Below, piece by piece: positions 21,771 to 32,718 of a DNA stretch of 64,000 nt; the first letter of the stretch is position 1; every line of letters begins with the position of its first letter. A program made the translations under genes and the position numbers. This DNA is from Bdellovibrionales bacterium (GTDB taxonomy: Bacteria; Bdellovibrionota; Bdellovibrionia; Bdellovibrionales; UBA1609). The notes beneath the pieces were generated by a model. That model was not told the origin of the DNA, did no database searches, and saw only the letters and a list, made by a program, of their open reading frames with translations. The stretch is from positions 96,001 through 160,000 of the forward strand of contig CBDHDF010000011.1 in NCBI GenBank assembly GCA_965261545.1, written 5' to 3'.

Positions 21771-23045
21771 GTGAAGCGCAAAGCCCAGTGGGCTATTTTT
21801 TTAACTGTCTTTATAGATCTCGTTGGCTTTGGAATGGTAATTCCCCTTCACCCCTACTTGGCTCGCAAATTTGGGGCTGACCCCCTTCAAGTGGGCCTTC
21901 TTATGGCCATTTACTCCATGCTACAATTTTTGTTTTCTCCGTTTTGGGGAAGGTTGAGCGACAGGATAGGGCGTCGCCCTGTTTTGCTAATAAGCCTGAT
22001 GGGCTCGACACTTTCTCACCTCGCTTTTGGCTTAGGTAGTGAACTTTGGGTTTTGTTTGCCGCAAGAGGATTGGCAGGACTCTTTGGAGCCAATATCTCA
22101 ACAGCCATGGCCTACATGGCAGACACTTCGACTCACAAAGAGAGGTCTAAGTCCATGGCTTTTATTGGAGCTGCTTTTGGATTGGGATTTACTTTGGGTC
22201 CCTTTATGGGGGGGCTGTTCATTCAAATTGGAAACGCCCTTGGAGTTGCAGCCCCATATGGCAGCCATTTTGCGGCCATTGCAGCTTCTACGATTTGCTT
22301 TTTTAATTTTTTAATGACTTATTTTTTTCTCCCTGAAAGTCACAAAAGCCATACCTCTAAAAATCATGCTTCTCAAAACCGTACCTCTCAAAAGGTGCTT
22401 TCGCATTCCTCCCGCCTTGGTCTTCTCCTGCGCCAATTAAGAAAAAAGACAGTGGGTTCCTTGATGTTGAGTTTTTTTCTTTATTCTCTTGCCATGGCCA
22501 ATATGGAGATTCCCCTCTTTTTATACATCCAAGACCATTTTCATTGGACGTCAGAAAAAGCTAGCTATGGCTTTGCCTACCTAGGGTTTATTCTTGCCAT
22601 GACTCAAGGTTATTTTGTACGCCAGTGGTTGCCCCGGTGGGGGGAGCGTCGCGTTCTTATTATGGGACTTCTCCTTGGAGCCCTAAGCTTTGGAATGGTT
22701 GCTTTATCCCAGCACCTATGGATGCTGGCTATAGCTGTCACGCTCATGGGTTTGGGTGTGGGGCTTGTCAGCCCTTGCATAAATGGTTGTGTGAGCTTAC
22801 TGACTCATGAGAGTGAGCAAGGGGAAGTCCTTGGAATCAACCAAAGCCTTTCAGCATTGGGACGAATTTTGGGTCCAGCTTTGGGGGGATGGCTCTACAA
22901 GACCATGGGTTCCAAGGTTCCCTTTGGGGTGGCCTCTGGTCTTATGCTTATGGCCACTCTCGTCATTCTCAGCCAATTTAAGCACATACCATATGTAGCG
23001 GTGAAGGGAGCTAGGGGAGAAAAAAGAGGTACTTCAGAAGTATAG
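21771..23045 (+). CDS. MFS transporter (TetA/DHA1-like)
   Basis: GRLSDRIGRRPVLL motif A, GFTLGPFMGG motif C, multiple hydrophobic helices. Confidence 0.9.
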   Translation: MKRKAQWAIFLTVFIDLVGFGMVIPLHPYLARKFGADPLQVGLLMAIYSMLQFLFSPFWGRLSDRIGRRPVLLISLMGSTLSHLAFGLGSELWVLFAARGLAGLFGANISTAMAYMADTSTHKERSKSMAFIGAAFGLGFTLGPFMGGLFIQIGNALGVAAPYGSHFAAIAASTICFFNFLMTYFFLPESHKSHTSKNHASQNRTSQKVLSHSSRLGLLLRQLRKKTVGSLMLSFFLYSLAMANMEIPLFLYIQDHFHWTSEKASYGFAYLGFILAMTQGYFVRQWLPRWGERRVLIMGLLLGALSFGMVALSQHLWMLAIAVTLMGLGVGLVSPCINGCVSLLTHESEQGEVLGINQSLSALGRILGPALGGWLYKTMGSKVPFGVASGLMLMATLVILSQFKHIPYVAVKGARGEKRGTSEV

Positions 23046-23120
23046 CTTAAAAGTATAGCTCAGGAAGCCATAATCCAGAACTATAATCCAGTATTTTTTT
23101 TGAAGAAGTGGGGATTCACT

Positions 23121-24257
23121 ATGACATTAGAATCAACCAGCTCCAGTTCCAATTTTGGCTCCAGCTCCAAAGTAGGACGAAAGCCTGCCTTAAAAAAACT
23201 CTACCTTCTTATTAACTTAGGCACGCCGGAGGCTCCAACGTCTCAAGCCATAGCTCCTTTTCTCAGGGAGTTCTTAAATGATCCCTTGGTCATAGATATT
23301 CCCGCTTTTTTGAGGTGGATTCTTGTCAATATTGTGATTGTTCCTCGGCGATCAAAAAAAATAGTAAATGCCTACAAAAGTATTTGGACCGAGAGGGGGT
23401 CTCCTTTAAGACGCCATACAGAGGAACTTACTCAGGCATTACAAGAGAAGGTGGAGTCAGATGCCTCAAGTACTTCAGATGCTTCAGATATTGAGGTCAG
23501 GTGGGCCATGCGCTACGGTTCTCATAACATCGAAAGTGCTTTAAAAGACATCGATCCCCATAGGGAGATTAAGGCTCTGCCCCTATACCCCCAATATGCT
23601 CTCTCGTCTACACAGTCCAGCATGGATGCATTGAAAGCTGCGGTGAAAAAGTTAAGACTCACCAACAGGGTCCAATTTCTCCCTTATTTTTACAATGACA
23701 ATGGATTTCTCTCTGCCTATGCAGAGGTCTTTAAAAAACATGCCCCTTCTCGATGGGATCATATTTTATTTAGTTTTCATGGACTTCCCCTGCGCCATCT
23801 TATAAAAATAGCTCCTGCAGGAAGCCCTTGTTCTCTTAAACCCAACTGTTGTGATTCCGAGAAATCGAGCGCTCCTTTAAGTGCCCCTTTATGCTACCGG
23901 GCCCAATGTTATCGCTCTGCCCAAGGCATTGCCAATAAACTTGCTCTCCCGAAGGATAACTATACGGTCTCATTTCAATCAAGACTGGGGCGAGCCCAGT
24001 GGATTCAGCCCTACACGGATATGTGGTTGAAGGGAGCTACTGGTCGCGGAGTGAAGGACCTTGTTGTTCTTTGTCCCTCCTTTGTCGCCGACTGCTTAGA
24101 GACCTTGGAAGAAATTAATGTTCGCGAACGACAAAGGTTCCAAGACATGGGGGGGAGGTCCTTAACGCTGATTCCCTGTCTCAACAGTGATGATATTTGG
24201 GTGAATGCCGTCAAAAATCTATTGACTCAGCAGGGGGGAGATTGGAAAAGTCTTTAG
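23121..24257 (+). CDS. hemH: Ferrochelatase
   Basis: LINLGTP, PLYPQY, FSFHGLP, FQSRLG and DCLETLEE motifs. Confidence 0.94.
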   Translation: MTLESTSSSSNFGSSSKVGRKPALKKLYLLINLGTPEAPTSQAIAPFLREFLNDPLVIDIPAFLRWILVNIVIVPRRSKKIVNAYKSIWTERGSPLRRHTEELTQALQEKVESDASSTSDASDIEVRWAMRYGSHNIESALKDIDPHREIKALPLYPQYALSSTQSSMDALKAAVKKLRLTNRVQFLPYFYNDNGFLSAYAEVFKKHAPSRWDHILFSFHGLPLRHLIKIAPAGSPCSLKPNCCDSEKSSAPLSAPLCYRAQCYRSAQGIANKLALPKDNYTVSFQSRLGRAQWIQPYTDMWLKGATGRGVKDLVVLCPSFVADCLETLEEINVRERQRFQDMGGRSLTLIPCLNSDDIWVNAVKNLLTQQGGDWKSL

Positions 24258-24273
24258 ATAAAGTTCTATTAAA

Positions 24274-24325
24274 AAGAGCTCCTAGATGAGGGAGTCTAGG
24301 TAGACTCCCTCATCTAGGAGCTCTT
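24274..24325. repeat. Perfect 25-bp inverted repeat (2-nt loop)
   Basis: aagagctcctagatgagggagtcta-gg-tagactccctcatctaggagctctt. Confidence 0.95.
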
Positions 24326-24369
24326 GGGGTGAAATATCCTGAGAAGTTCTAAACTTTTATAATTCACAG

Positions 24370-24443
24370 GGTGGCGTAGCCAAGTGGTTAGGCACCGGAT
24401 TGCAAATCCGTGAACGCCGGTTCGAATCCGGCCGCCACCTCCA
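24370..24443 (+). tRNA. tRNA-Cys(GCA)
   Basis: Acceptor GGTGGCG/CGCCACC, anticodon loop ttGCAaa, T-arm GCCGG-TTCGAAT-CCGGC, encoded CCA. Confidence 0.96.
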
Positions 24444-24775
24444 AAATTCGGCAATGGTTTTTTGCAGATTTTTGAAATCAGACTTAACTATTTGAAATAA
24501 CTATCAAATGGTTTCAATGAGTTAGCTCTCACTCATTCTCTATGACATTTCTCAGCATTCCCCAAAATTTCCACCATTTGCTAATTTTGGCTAAGTGTTT
24601 GGCTAAGACCGTAGCAGGGTCATTTTTTCAGGGTATCGTAGCAGCATTTTCTTCCTAACCAACTGAATTCTCTAACAAAAATTTGCAACACCCGCCTAGC
24701 AGAAATGGATACTTTTCAGTGAGGCAGGGGATTGCACAACAGGGGCTACGAATCTTAACCCCAAGGAGGCAAGCA

Positions 24776-25411
24776 ATGGGAAACGACGGAAAGATTGACG
24801 CACTTACCCTGAAGGTGTTGCGTGAAATTCGGGACTTAAGCCGTAAAGAAGCAGGTGTTCTTTTGGGCTTAAACCATAAGACGATTGCAAAACTTGAGAG
24901 TGGGAGGGCCATCCTGCACCGGAGCCGAATTGAAAAAACGGTGAAGGCTTATGACCTTACCTACGAGGACTTTTTGTCATGTCGTGAGGGCAAAAGTGAA
25001 CAAATTCAAAAGAGATTTTGTCACAAAAAAGCACAGATCATTGGTAACAATAAGAGGGGTATTGGTAACAATAGGGAGCGACGCTTTAACAAACGGATCA
25101 TCACCAAAGAAGCTCAGGTCTTAAAGGTTTTAAGGAAGCTCAAAAGATTCAGTCAACGCAAAGCCAGCCTTGTTTGTGGTTATCACAAGACAGCCATTTG
25201 CTTCATTGAAAATGGCCGAGTTGAACTTCATTCAGACAAAATAGCTCACATTGTGAAGTCCTATGGATTCACAATGGAAGACTTTGAATATCATATGAAG
25301 TCCGATGCTTTTGTCACAGATATTCAAGATGAGTGCATCTCCATTATAAGAAAATTAGACGAAAAGAAGCTCAAGGCTGTTCATCCCTTACTGCTCAACT
25401 TTAAATCGTAA
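24776..25411 (+). CDS. Tandem XRE-type HTH transcriptional regulator
   Basis: Two repeats of LKVLR...S.K.A....G.....I..(L/I)E.GR; RBS AAGGAGG. Confidence 0.85.
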   Translation: MGNDGKIDALTLKVLREIRDLSRKEAGVLLGLNHKTIAKLESGRAILHRSRIEKTVKAYDLTYEDFLSCREGKSEQIQKRFCHKKAQIIGNNKRGIGNNRERRFNKRIITKEAQVLKVLRKLKRFSQRKASLVCGYHKTAICFIENGRVELHSDKIAHIVKSYGFTMEDFEYHMKSDAFVTDIQDECISIIRKLDEKKLKAVHPLLLNFKS

Positions 25412-25499
25412 TTTTGGGATGAATCTATTTTTAGAGAGAAATGCTTACTTTTCATTGGCGACGGTGGAGCATGTTAATTGTGCAAAATTTCAGCTAACA

Positions 25500-25856
25500 G
25501 CTGGGGATTTGGATATTGTTGGAAGTTTCCCCAAGCATTTTTTCCACATTATAGTTTTTATTGTCGATCAACATTCCTTTTTCCAATTCATCTCCCCATA
25601 CTAACACCACCAAGATGAGTTAGTTATCCACAGACTCATCCATGGCGACGCTGCGGTATGGCCCTCGGGGAGCCACAATAAAGCAGCGCTGCTGTGGGTG
25701 AGTCTTGTGGATAACGGTGCGCTCTCCATACAAGTGTTTTGGTAGCCCTGTCCTCCGTATTTTTATGTACAAATCTTAGAAATAACTTGTACATCCAGTT
25801 TTTCGTTACTTCCCTAGGGAATTTGGACCTAGGCTCCGAGAAAGTAGGATATAGCC
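25500..25856 (+). mobile_element. Solo right-end remnant of the ISL3 element
   Basis: Diverged copy of 38886-39240 including the transposase tail, the structured 3' region and the IRR ...GGATATAGCC. Confidence 0.88.
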
Positions 25857-25908
25857 GATTTTTCTGATTACTCTCAGTTCAAAGGCCCCCTTAGAGACGA
25901 TGGGGCGG

Positions 25909-26424
25909 TTACTTTTTCTTTGGAGGGATGTCTGAAGAAGCATCTGAGTGTAAAGAGTCTCTGGAAAGATAACGGTGCAAACTTTCAAGATTCAGACTTG
26001 AGAGGTGTGGAACATCCGAGTGTAAAGGGTCTTTGGAAAGATAACCCATAGCTTCAAAATATGAGATAACGAGACTATTGCTCATACTCTTGATAAGTTG
26101 GCCGATGAGATCCAGTTCATTTTGGTTCTTGGTTTCCTTTGCGGTCTCCGATATTTCGATTTGAATGCCATCGTCGCTGAGAGAAACATGGACTATATCA
26201 TCACGGTCGGCCCCATAGCGACAAGACATGCCCTTTTGAAATTTTTCTTTGAAGAACTTGTACTCATCTTGCTTGGTAAACTCCTCCATAGCTTTAGAGG
26301 TCTCTAACCGAGACAAAACACTTCTACGAATGCGGTCAACAAACTCTTTTTTCTCTGAAACTGTTCTGAAGGGTTGCTCCCCCAGTTTTTGTTTAGCCGA
26401 ATTACTTTTTTGCCTTGTTACCAT
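25909..26424 (-). CDS. Hypothetical protein (paralogue of 31968-32402)
   Basis: Near-identical protein on the opposite strand at 31968; internal C-terminal repeat. Confidence 0.75.
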   Translation of the reverse strand: MVTRQKSNSAKQKLGEQPFRTVSEKKEFVDRIRRSVLSRLETSKAMEEFTKQDEYKFFKEKFQKGMSCRYGADRDDIVHVSLSDDGIQIEISETAKETKNQNELDLIGQLIKSMSNSLVISYFEAMGYLSKDPLHSDVPHLSSLNLESLHRYLSRDSLHSDASSDIPPKKK

Positions 26425-27306
26425 GACTTAACTTAATCACAATATAAACTAAGAGTCATTGATAATTGTCCAAAATCAGTGGTTCCCTTCATTCATTTTT
26501 TCCTTGGACTAACTTCAATAGGGAAAGACATGTGAACCTTAGTTCCATAACCCTCACAGCTTTCCAAAGAGACCCACCCCCCATGTAATTCAGTGAAATA
26601 CCTGACAAAATAGAGTCCAAGCCCCGTGCCTTTGGTTGAACTGATGTGCTGGGGAGACCTATAGTATTTTTGGAAGACTTTTTTGCAATCAACTTTGCTA
26701 ATACCAGAACCTTCATCAATGATATCGACCAAGACTTGATTGTCCCGGAGGGGAGGGCAAACCAGGCCATTTGTGGGCGGGCAAACCAGGCCATTTAAAA
26801 TTTAATATCTGACAAGGCGTATTGTAAAATACCTTCTAGAAAACAACCTGGGAGGGAAGGATGAACGTCTTGAATAAACAAAAACAAGAAGAGATATTAA
26901 CATTAATTATAGCAGGTCACTCATTTCGTAAAATAGCGAAAAGGCTACATGTAGGTCGATCTACGGTTTCAGAGTATGCGAAAGCCCATAGGGTCATTGC
27001 CAAAAAGGGGCGTACAGGAGGTATAGAGCCAAAATCTCCAGCCTTTTCGGTGTGCTCAGAAGCAGAGTCATGTTCATCTTCATGTTCTCCTGAAATTTGC
27101 TCTGCGGAGCCTCCAAGCCTTCCTGTGGCCCAGTTCGAAAAGCCCAAGGAAGTTTCGGCCTCCTCCACAGAATTCAATCAGCAGGTTCTTCTAGGGGAAG
27201 CCACACCCCCCTTAGAAACGCCTCCATCTTCCCCTATAGGATCAGCTCAGCGTGTCTTGTCGTGTCTGATGGGGCTTCCATGCACTCCTCCGCCTGCCTC
27301 ATGCGC

Positions 27307-28723
27307 CAATGCCGTTTCCTTAAGCCACCACACCCCTCTGCCTCTGCGTTAAGCTATTTCTTTTAAAAGAACTCCCAGCCCTTTTGATAGACCTTTCATA
27401 GCTTCTTTTGAAGTGCCTCCTCTTCTCCATTGAAATCTTCATCAGCAACTTTATCTGCTTCCTAAATTTCTGATAGAGCCCCGCAACAAAAAGGGGGATG
27501 CTATCCATTATGAAATCAAGAATCAGTTTAAAGTTAGGTTTTTTGTAGTCATTTTTTACCAACTGATTCACACTGTCTTCATCCTCATTTATGCTCATTT
27601 GAATCTTTGTATAATTGAAGAGCCAAAAATAAGAATACAGCTCTTGCAATATTCCATTAAGGCTTGTTGAGTGCCACTGCTCCATTTTCATTGTCGATGT
27701 AAAATCACGAAATGTCGTTTCTATTTCCCAACGACGAGAGTAAAGAGCAACCATATCCTTCTTGTCCAAGGAGCCATGCGGAAGATTAGTGGCCAAAACA
27801 GAGAACTCCCCAGTCTTTGGGTTTTTATACTTATAGAGATGAATGACCACCCCCTCAATAACCATTTGTGAATACCAACCTGGGCCATTAAATAAATTTA
27901 CGATGGGGATAAAAGTAGAGCCTCGCTTACAACGCGCAATAAAGAAGTTACTGGCTTGAGCATGGGCCTTAATAATCTCTGTAGATAAATAAAGCCTATC
28001 GTAGAGAGTTATGCTATTACTCTCAAAACTACCTATCATTTGAATAGCATTGGCGATTTCGTTGAGAGCGGGAGAATAGCAAAGATTCTTTGTCACACCC
28101 GATAAAACGTCATAAGCATGAGATAGATACATACGTAAGAAATGAGTTTCCATCTCATTTGGGCAAGGGTACCCACAATAACCCTCCTTTAAAAGATCTT
28201 TAGAGCGAGGAAGTGCTAATTGGTCGCCATCTATGGCATAGATATAAAAACCATGAAACGTTTTTCTCAATGGTTCGTAGTCTGTAATCAGAGATTCAAA
28301 GATATCTTTGAAAAATAGGTAAGAAATACTTTGACGTATCTTGCTGAGACTGCTTTTGACTGGCATGAGAAGCAGGTCACCAAAATAAGTCCATACCGTC
28401 TTAAGAGCGATTTGGTAGCCTTCGTAATTTGTTCCTGAAATAAGATAGATAATGGTAAAAAAGAAAATTTGAGGATTAAATTTTCGATTCCTTTTTTGTT
28501 TTTCTGGATCGACAAGGTGCTCTGGCTTGAAGGAAGAATCAAGTTTTGGTAGAATAAAATGGTCATCTGTGACGCGAACTCGTCATTTGGGGGCTTTCGA
28601 GATCAATATTGGATTGCATGTGACTTACTCCTTGGTTGAGGGTTGGGTGTAAAATAAAACAAGTCTTATTCTTGTCGATTTATCTAATAATTTCAAGAGA
28701 TTTTTCTTAAGGAAACGGCATTG
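27307..28723 (-). mobile_element. IS4-family element inserted in istA
   Basis: Perfect 18-bp IR CAATGCCGTTTCCTTAAG; 10-bp TSD CCTCATGCGC (27297-27306, 28724-28733). Confidence 0.93.
27320..28619 (-). pseudogene. IS4 transposase, apparently frameshifted near the 5' end
   Basis: AIDG, YDRLY and YSRRWEIETTFRDF motifs; frame open to ~28582 but the RBS-ATG at 28619 is out of frame. Confidence 0.75.
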
Positions 28724-30259
28724 CCTCATGCGCCCATCGACAACCATGGTGGAACCGATGGCTGCTCCCACAGAAACTGGATCCACGGACTGTATAGAAC
28801 CACCTGGATTGAAAAAATCTCTTAAAGATAAAACCTCTCAACGCCCCTTATGTCATCAGTCGGCTTGTGAGCCCCACAGGGCTTGGATTGAAAATCAGGC
28901 TTTGAACTTAGAGCGCAATCGAATGGCCATCTACCAAGATTTAGTGGAGAAATTTGGTTTTTCTCACTCCTACGACAGCGTGAAAAAATTTGTAAGGAAG
29001 CTGAAGAAGAGTACTCCCAAACGCTATGATCGCTTGGATTTTCCCCCCGGAGAGGAAGCCCAAGTGGATTATGGCCAAGGGGCTCTGACTGTTCACCCCC
29101 GGACAGGCAAATATAGGCGGCCTCGCCTTTTTGTGATGACCCTCAAGTACTCTCGTGCCTCTTTTCGCAAGGTTGTTTGGAAGTCCAGCCAAGAGACGTG
29201 GAGCAGACTCCATGAGGAGGCTTTTCATTATTTTTTGGGCTGCCCTCAATATGTCGTCTTAGACAATCTCAAGGAAGGTGTTATTAAGCCAGATATCTAT
29301 GAGCCAACGCTGAACGCCGTTTATAGCGCTGTACTGACTCACTACGGGGTCGTTGCTGACCCGGCAAGAGTTCGTGACCCCGATAGGAAAGGAACCGTTG
29401 AGCACGCCATTCAACACACCCAGGACACAGCACTGAAGGGTCGTACATTTAAAACCATTGAGGAGCAAAATGAGTGGCTCATGCACTGGGAGCACACTTG
29501 GGCTCGCCCTCGGGTCCATGGTCGCACCAAGCGAGTCGTTTCTGAGATGTTTGAAGAAGAGAGCCCCTTTCTCAAAAAGCTCCCCCAAAAGAAATTTGAT
29601 TTTTTTAAACAAGAGATACGAACAGTTGCAGACGATGGGCTCATTCAAGTGGGAAACAGTTACTTGCGCCTACCCTTCTGATCTAAAGAGCCAAGTCATT
29701 GTGCGTATTTATGATAAAGACATAGAGATTATGGACCCTGCCACGATGAGTGTGATCCGCCGCCACCAAAAAGCCACTCTCCCGGGGAGTCTCTCTTTGC
29801 TAGACAAAGATCGTGTTTATAATCCATCTCGCCATGTAGAAAATATTTTAGCTGATGCGGGTCAGATTGGCCCTCAAACAAAAGCTTTTTGTCAGTCATT
29901 ACTCAGGGTGGATGAGAGAGTTGGAAACAGGCAGATGCGTGGGGTGGTGTCCTTGGCTAAAAAATATCACTCTGATCTTATTGAAAAAGCAGCCATTCAG
30001 GCTGTGAGCAGAGGGGTCTTATCTCTTAGGGTCTTTAAAAGGCTTGTTGAGGAACTACAGCCCCCTGTGGATGAGAAAAAGATGGAATCCCACCTCACCC
30101 AAGACCACGACATCATTCGAGCACCATCCGAGTATGCCATCTACTGGGATTTACATGCCAACAACGAAATCTACCACTCACCCTTACACCCTCAGCCTAG
30201 CACCAACCTTACTTAATCCACCCCCCCAACCCCTCTTCTAGAGGAAAGGAGCAATCACA

Positions 30260-31030
30260 ATGCCAATGTCACCTACAGAAATACAAGAGACTCTCAAAAG
30301 CCTTAAGCTTATAGGCATGTTTGAAACATTTGAGGCTCGAAGTTACCAACACACACAGAACCAACAAAACTTCCAAGAGACCTTCTCATTGCTCTTACAG
30401 GATGAAAAGGATTTCAAGAAAAGCAAAAAATGTGAGAGACTCCTCAAAGCATCCAAGCTCACGGAAGAGTCCACCCTCACCGGCTTTGATTGGAATTTTA
30501 ACCCAAAAATACCCAAGCCAATGATCTTGGAATTAATGAACTTGAAGTTCATCAAGCAGGGGGAGGGAGCCTTGCTTATTGGCTCCCCTGGAACTGGAAA
30601 AAGCCACATTGCAAAAGCTATAGCCACCAAGGTCTGTTCCATATCAAATTACAAGGTTTTGTATCAAGAAGCTCACAAGCTCTTTGAAAATCTCTTTGAG
30701 GCCAGGCAGCTGGGGCGCAGAAAGAGGTTCTACACCCAACTCATCCATGTGGACCTGTTGATCATTGATGATCTTTTTCTTAGAAAGCGCATTCCGCCAG
30801 AGGCTTGCGATGACTTCCAGGAAATCATTCTGGATCGATACTCAGCGAGAAAAAGCACTCTTATTACCTCCAATCGCATTATTGAGGACTGGGGAAAGTG
30901 TTTGGGCGATAATACCGTGGCCTCTGCCATCCTGGATCGCCTTCTCCACTGCAGCCAACTATTAAAATTTGAGGGAAAAAGCTACCGATTGAAGGAAGCT
31001 TCAAACCGACTTGTCAAGATAAAAAATTAA
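30260..31030 (+). CDS. istB: IS21 helper ATPase
   Basis: GSPGTGKS, LLIIDD, AILDRLLH and GKSYR motifs. Confidence 0.94.
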   Translation: MPMSPTEIQETLKSLKLIGMFETFEARSYQHTQNQQNFQETFSLLLQDEKDFKKSKKCERLLKASKLTEESTLTGFDWNFNPKIPKPMILELMNLKFIKQGEGALLIGSPGTGKSHIAKAIATKVCSISNYKVLYQEAHKLFENLFEARQLGRRKRFYTQLIHVDLLIIDDLFLRKRIPPEACDDFQEIILDRYSARKSTLITSNRIIEDWGKCLGDNTVASAILDRLLHCSQLLKFEGKSYRLKEASNRLVKIKN

Positions 31031-31967
31031 AGGTAGGGTGAGCCCATCTTGTCAGATCGCCCTAAATGGCCTGGTTTGCCCGCCCACAAATGGCCTGGTT
31101 TAACCCGCCCATCGGGGTTGTCTTCTTCGTAAGTCCTAACAAAGATACGCCCCCCTACGTTGGAGTATTTGATAGCATTTTCAATAACATTGAAGAAAAT
31201 TTCTTTTATAATGGCGGCATCTAATTCAACTAGAAAAAGAGGTTCCAATGTTTTTTCAATAATAATATTTTTTTTAGCAAGAGCATCAATTTTTTGAATA
31301 ACATTCTCAATGGTTTCATTTACATCTGTAGGCTCTTTGTTTATATGAAAATGACCTGAATCAACTTGGATAACTTTTAGAATGTTGTTAATGAAGTGGC
31401 TCATCTCACAACTCGTTGTATAAATATTTTTAATATCTTGTATGTGATGCCTTGAGATATTTTCTAATTCTAAGCGGCTACAGATAGACTGAATTTTCAC
31501 AATAGATGATTTTAAATCGTGGGTCATAAGGTCTATAAAATTAATTTTTAGGTCTTCACTTTGTGTCATGATGAAATTCAAAGCCCAATGAAAAAGAAAA
31601 TAACCGCAGAGAGTGGTTGAAGCCTAGCTTAATCTTCACTTGTAAGCCTAAGCTTGTTATCAGATGATATCCACTTGAGTCTTCCCGGAACCTCAAATCA
31701 TTCTGTCCCACTGCCATCGGCTTCATAGTCATATTTTCCTCATTTTCTGCCTTACCACCCGTGCTCATCCGAAGCCCTAGACATTTGTCTAAAAAATACG
31801 GCAGTGAAGATTATTTTAACCAGAAATAAACTGTTTTTAATTATTTTAAATGATAATAAATGAAAATTAACACACCTGCCTGCCTCATTCAAGGAAAAAA
31901 TGAAGGAAAATAACTGATTTTAAATGATTATTAATGATTTTCATATCATATTGTGGTTAAGTGAGTC

Positions 31968-32402
31968 ATGACGACAAGGCAAAGAAGTAATTCGGCTAAA
32001 CAAAAGTTGGGGGAGCAGCCCTTCAGGACGGTTTCAGAGAAAAAAGAGTTTGTTGACCGTATCCGTAGAAATGTTTTGGCTCGGCTAGAGACCTCTAAGG
32101 CTATGGAGGAGTTTACCAAGCAAGATGAGTACAAGTTCTTCAAAGAAAAATTTCAAAAGGGCATGTCTTGTCGCTATGGGGCCGATCGTGATGATATCGT
32201 TCATGTTTCTCTCAGCGACGATGGCATTCAAATCGAAATATCGGAGACCGCAAAGGAAACCAAGAACCAAAATGAACTGGATCTCATCGGCCAACTTATC
32301 AAGAGTATGAGCAATAGTCTCGTCATTTCATATTTTGAAGCTATGGGTTATCTTCCCAGAGATCCTTTATATTCTGATGCTCACTCAGACATTTCCACCT
32401 AG
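31968..32402 (+). CDS. Hypothetical protein (paralogue of 25909-26424)
   Basis: Inverted duplicate. Confidence 0.75.
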   Translation: MTTRQRSNSAKQKLGEQPFRTVSEKKEFVDRIRRNVLARLETSKAMEEFTKQDEYKFFKEKFQKGMSCRYGADRDDIVHVSLSDDGIQIEISETAKETKNQNELDLIGQLIKSMSNSLVISYFEAMGYLPRDPLYSDAHSDIST

Positions 32403-32718
32403 CTTAGACGGTCTACAGAGTGCCGCATCACATTTCCTAAGTTACATATTCATTGAATAAAATTTCCTCATTTATTTCTCAAAAAAAATCAAAGAAATAT
32501 TTTTTTTTAAAAAAATAAAAAAAATTATGAAAAAATATTTTTAAATCATTCAAACAGAACTAAAGCATGTTCTTCAGCGAAAACAAACAGTTAAAAGGTC
32601 ATATTCAGAAAATATTAAGAATTTATGAAAATTTTTTTTAATTATTTTTATAGAAAATTCACTTTTTCAACCCGTTGAAGAGGTTGAAAAATTCACTATA
32701 AGTAGGGAGGTAGTAAAA

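Larger units (their letters stand above)
26861..30216 (+). pseudogene. istA: IS21 transposase, disrupted
   Basis: Relative to intact 59270-61201: 1-bp deletion near 27247, IS4 insertion, 2-bp deletion near 29665. Confidence 0.9.
26744..31116 (+). mobile_element. IS21-family element, copy 1 (contains nested IS4)
   Basis: istA/istB; doubled AAACCAGGCCATTT repeats at both ends; TTGT duplicated in the flanks; matches 58370-61318. Confidence 0.92.
26493..31581 (-). pseudogene. Sensor histidine kinase fragment (HisKA + HATPase) split by IS21
   Basis: THDLKS and NVIENAIKYS on one side, DEGSGI...GTGLGL on the other; removing the IS restores EEDN-QVLVDIIDEG in frame; no sensor domain seen. Confidence 0.85.
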
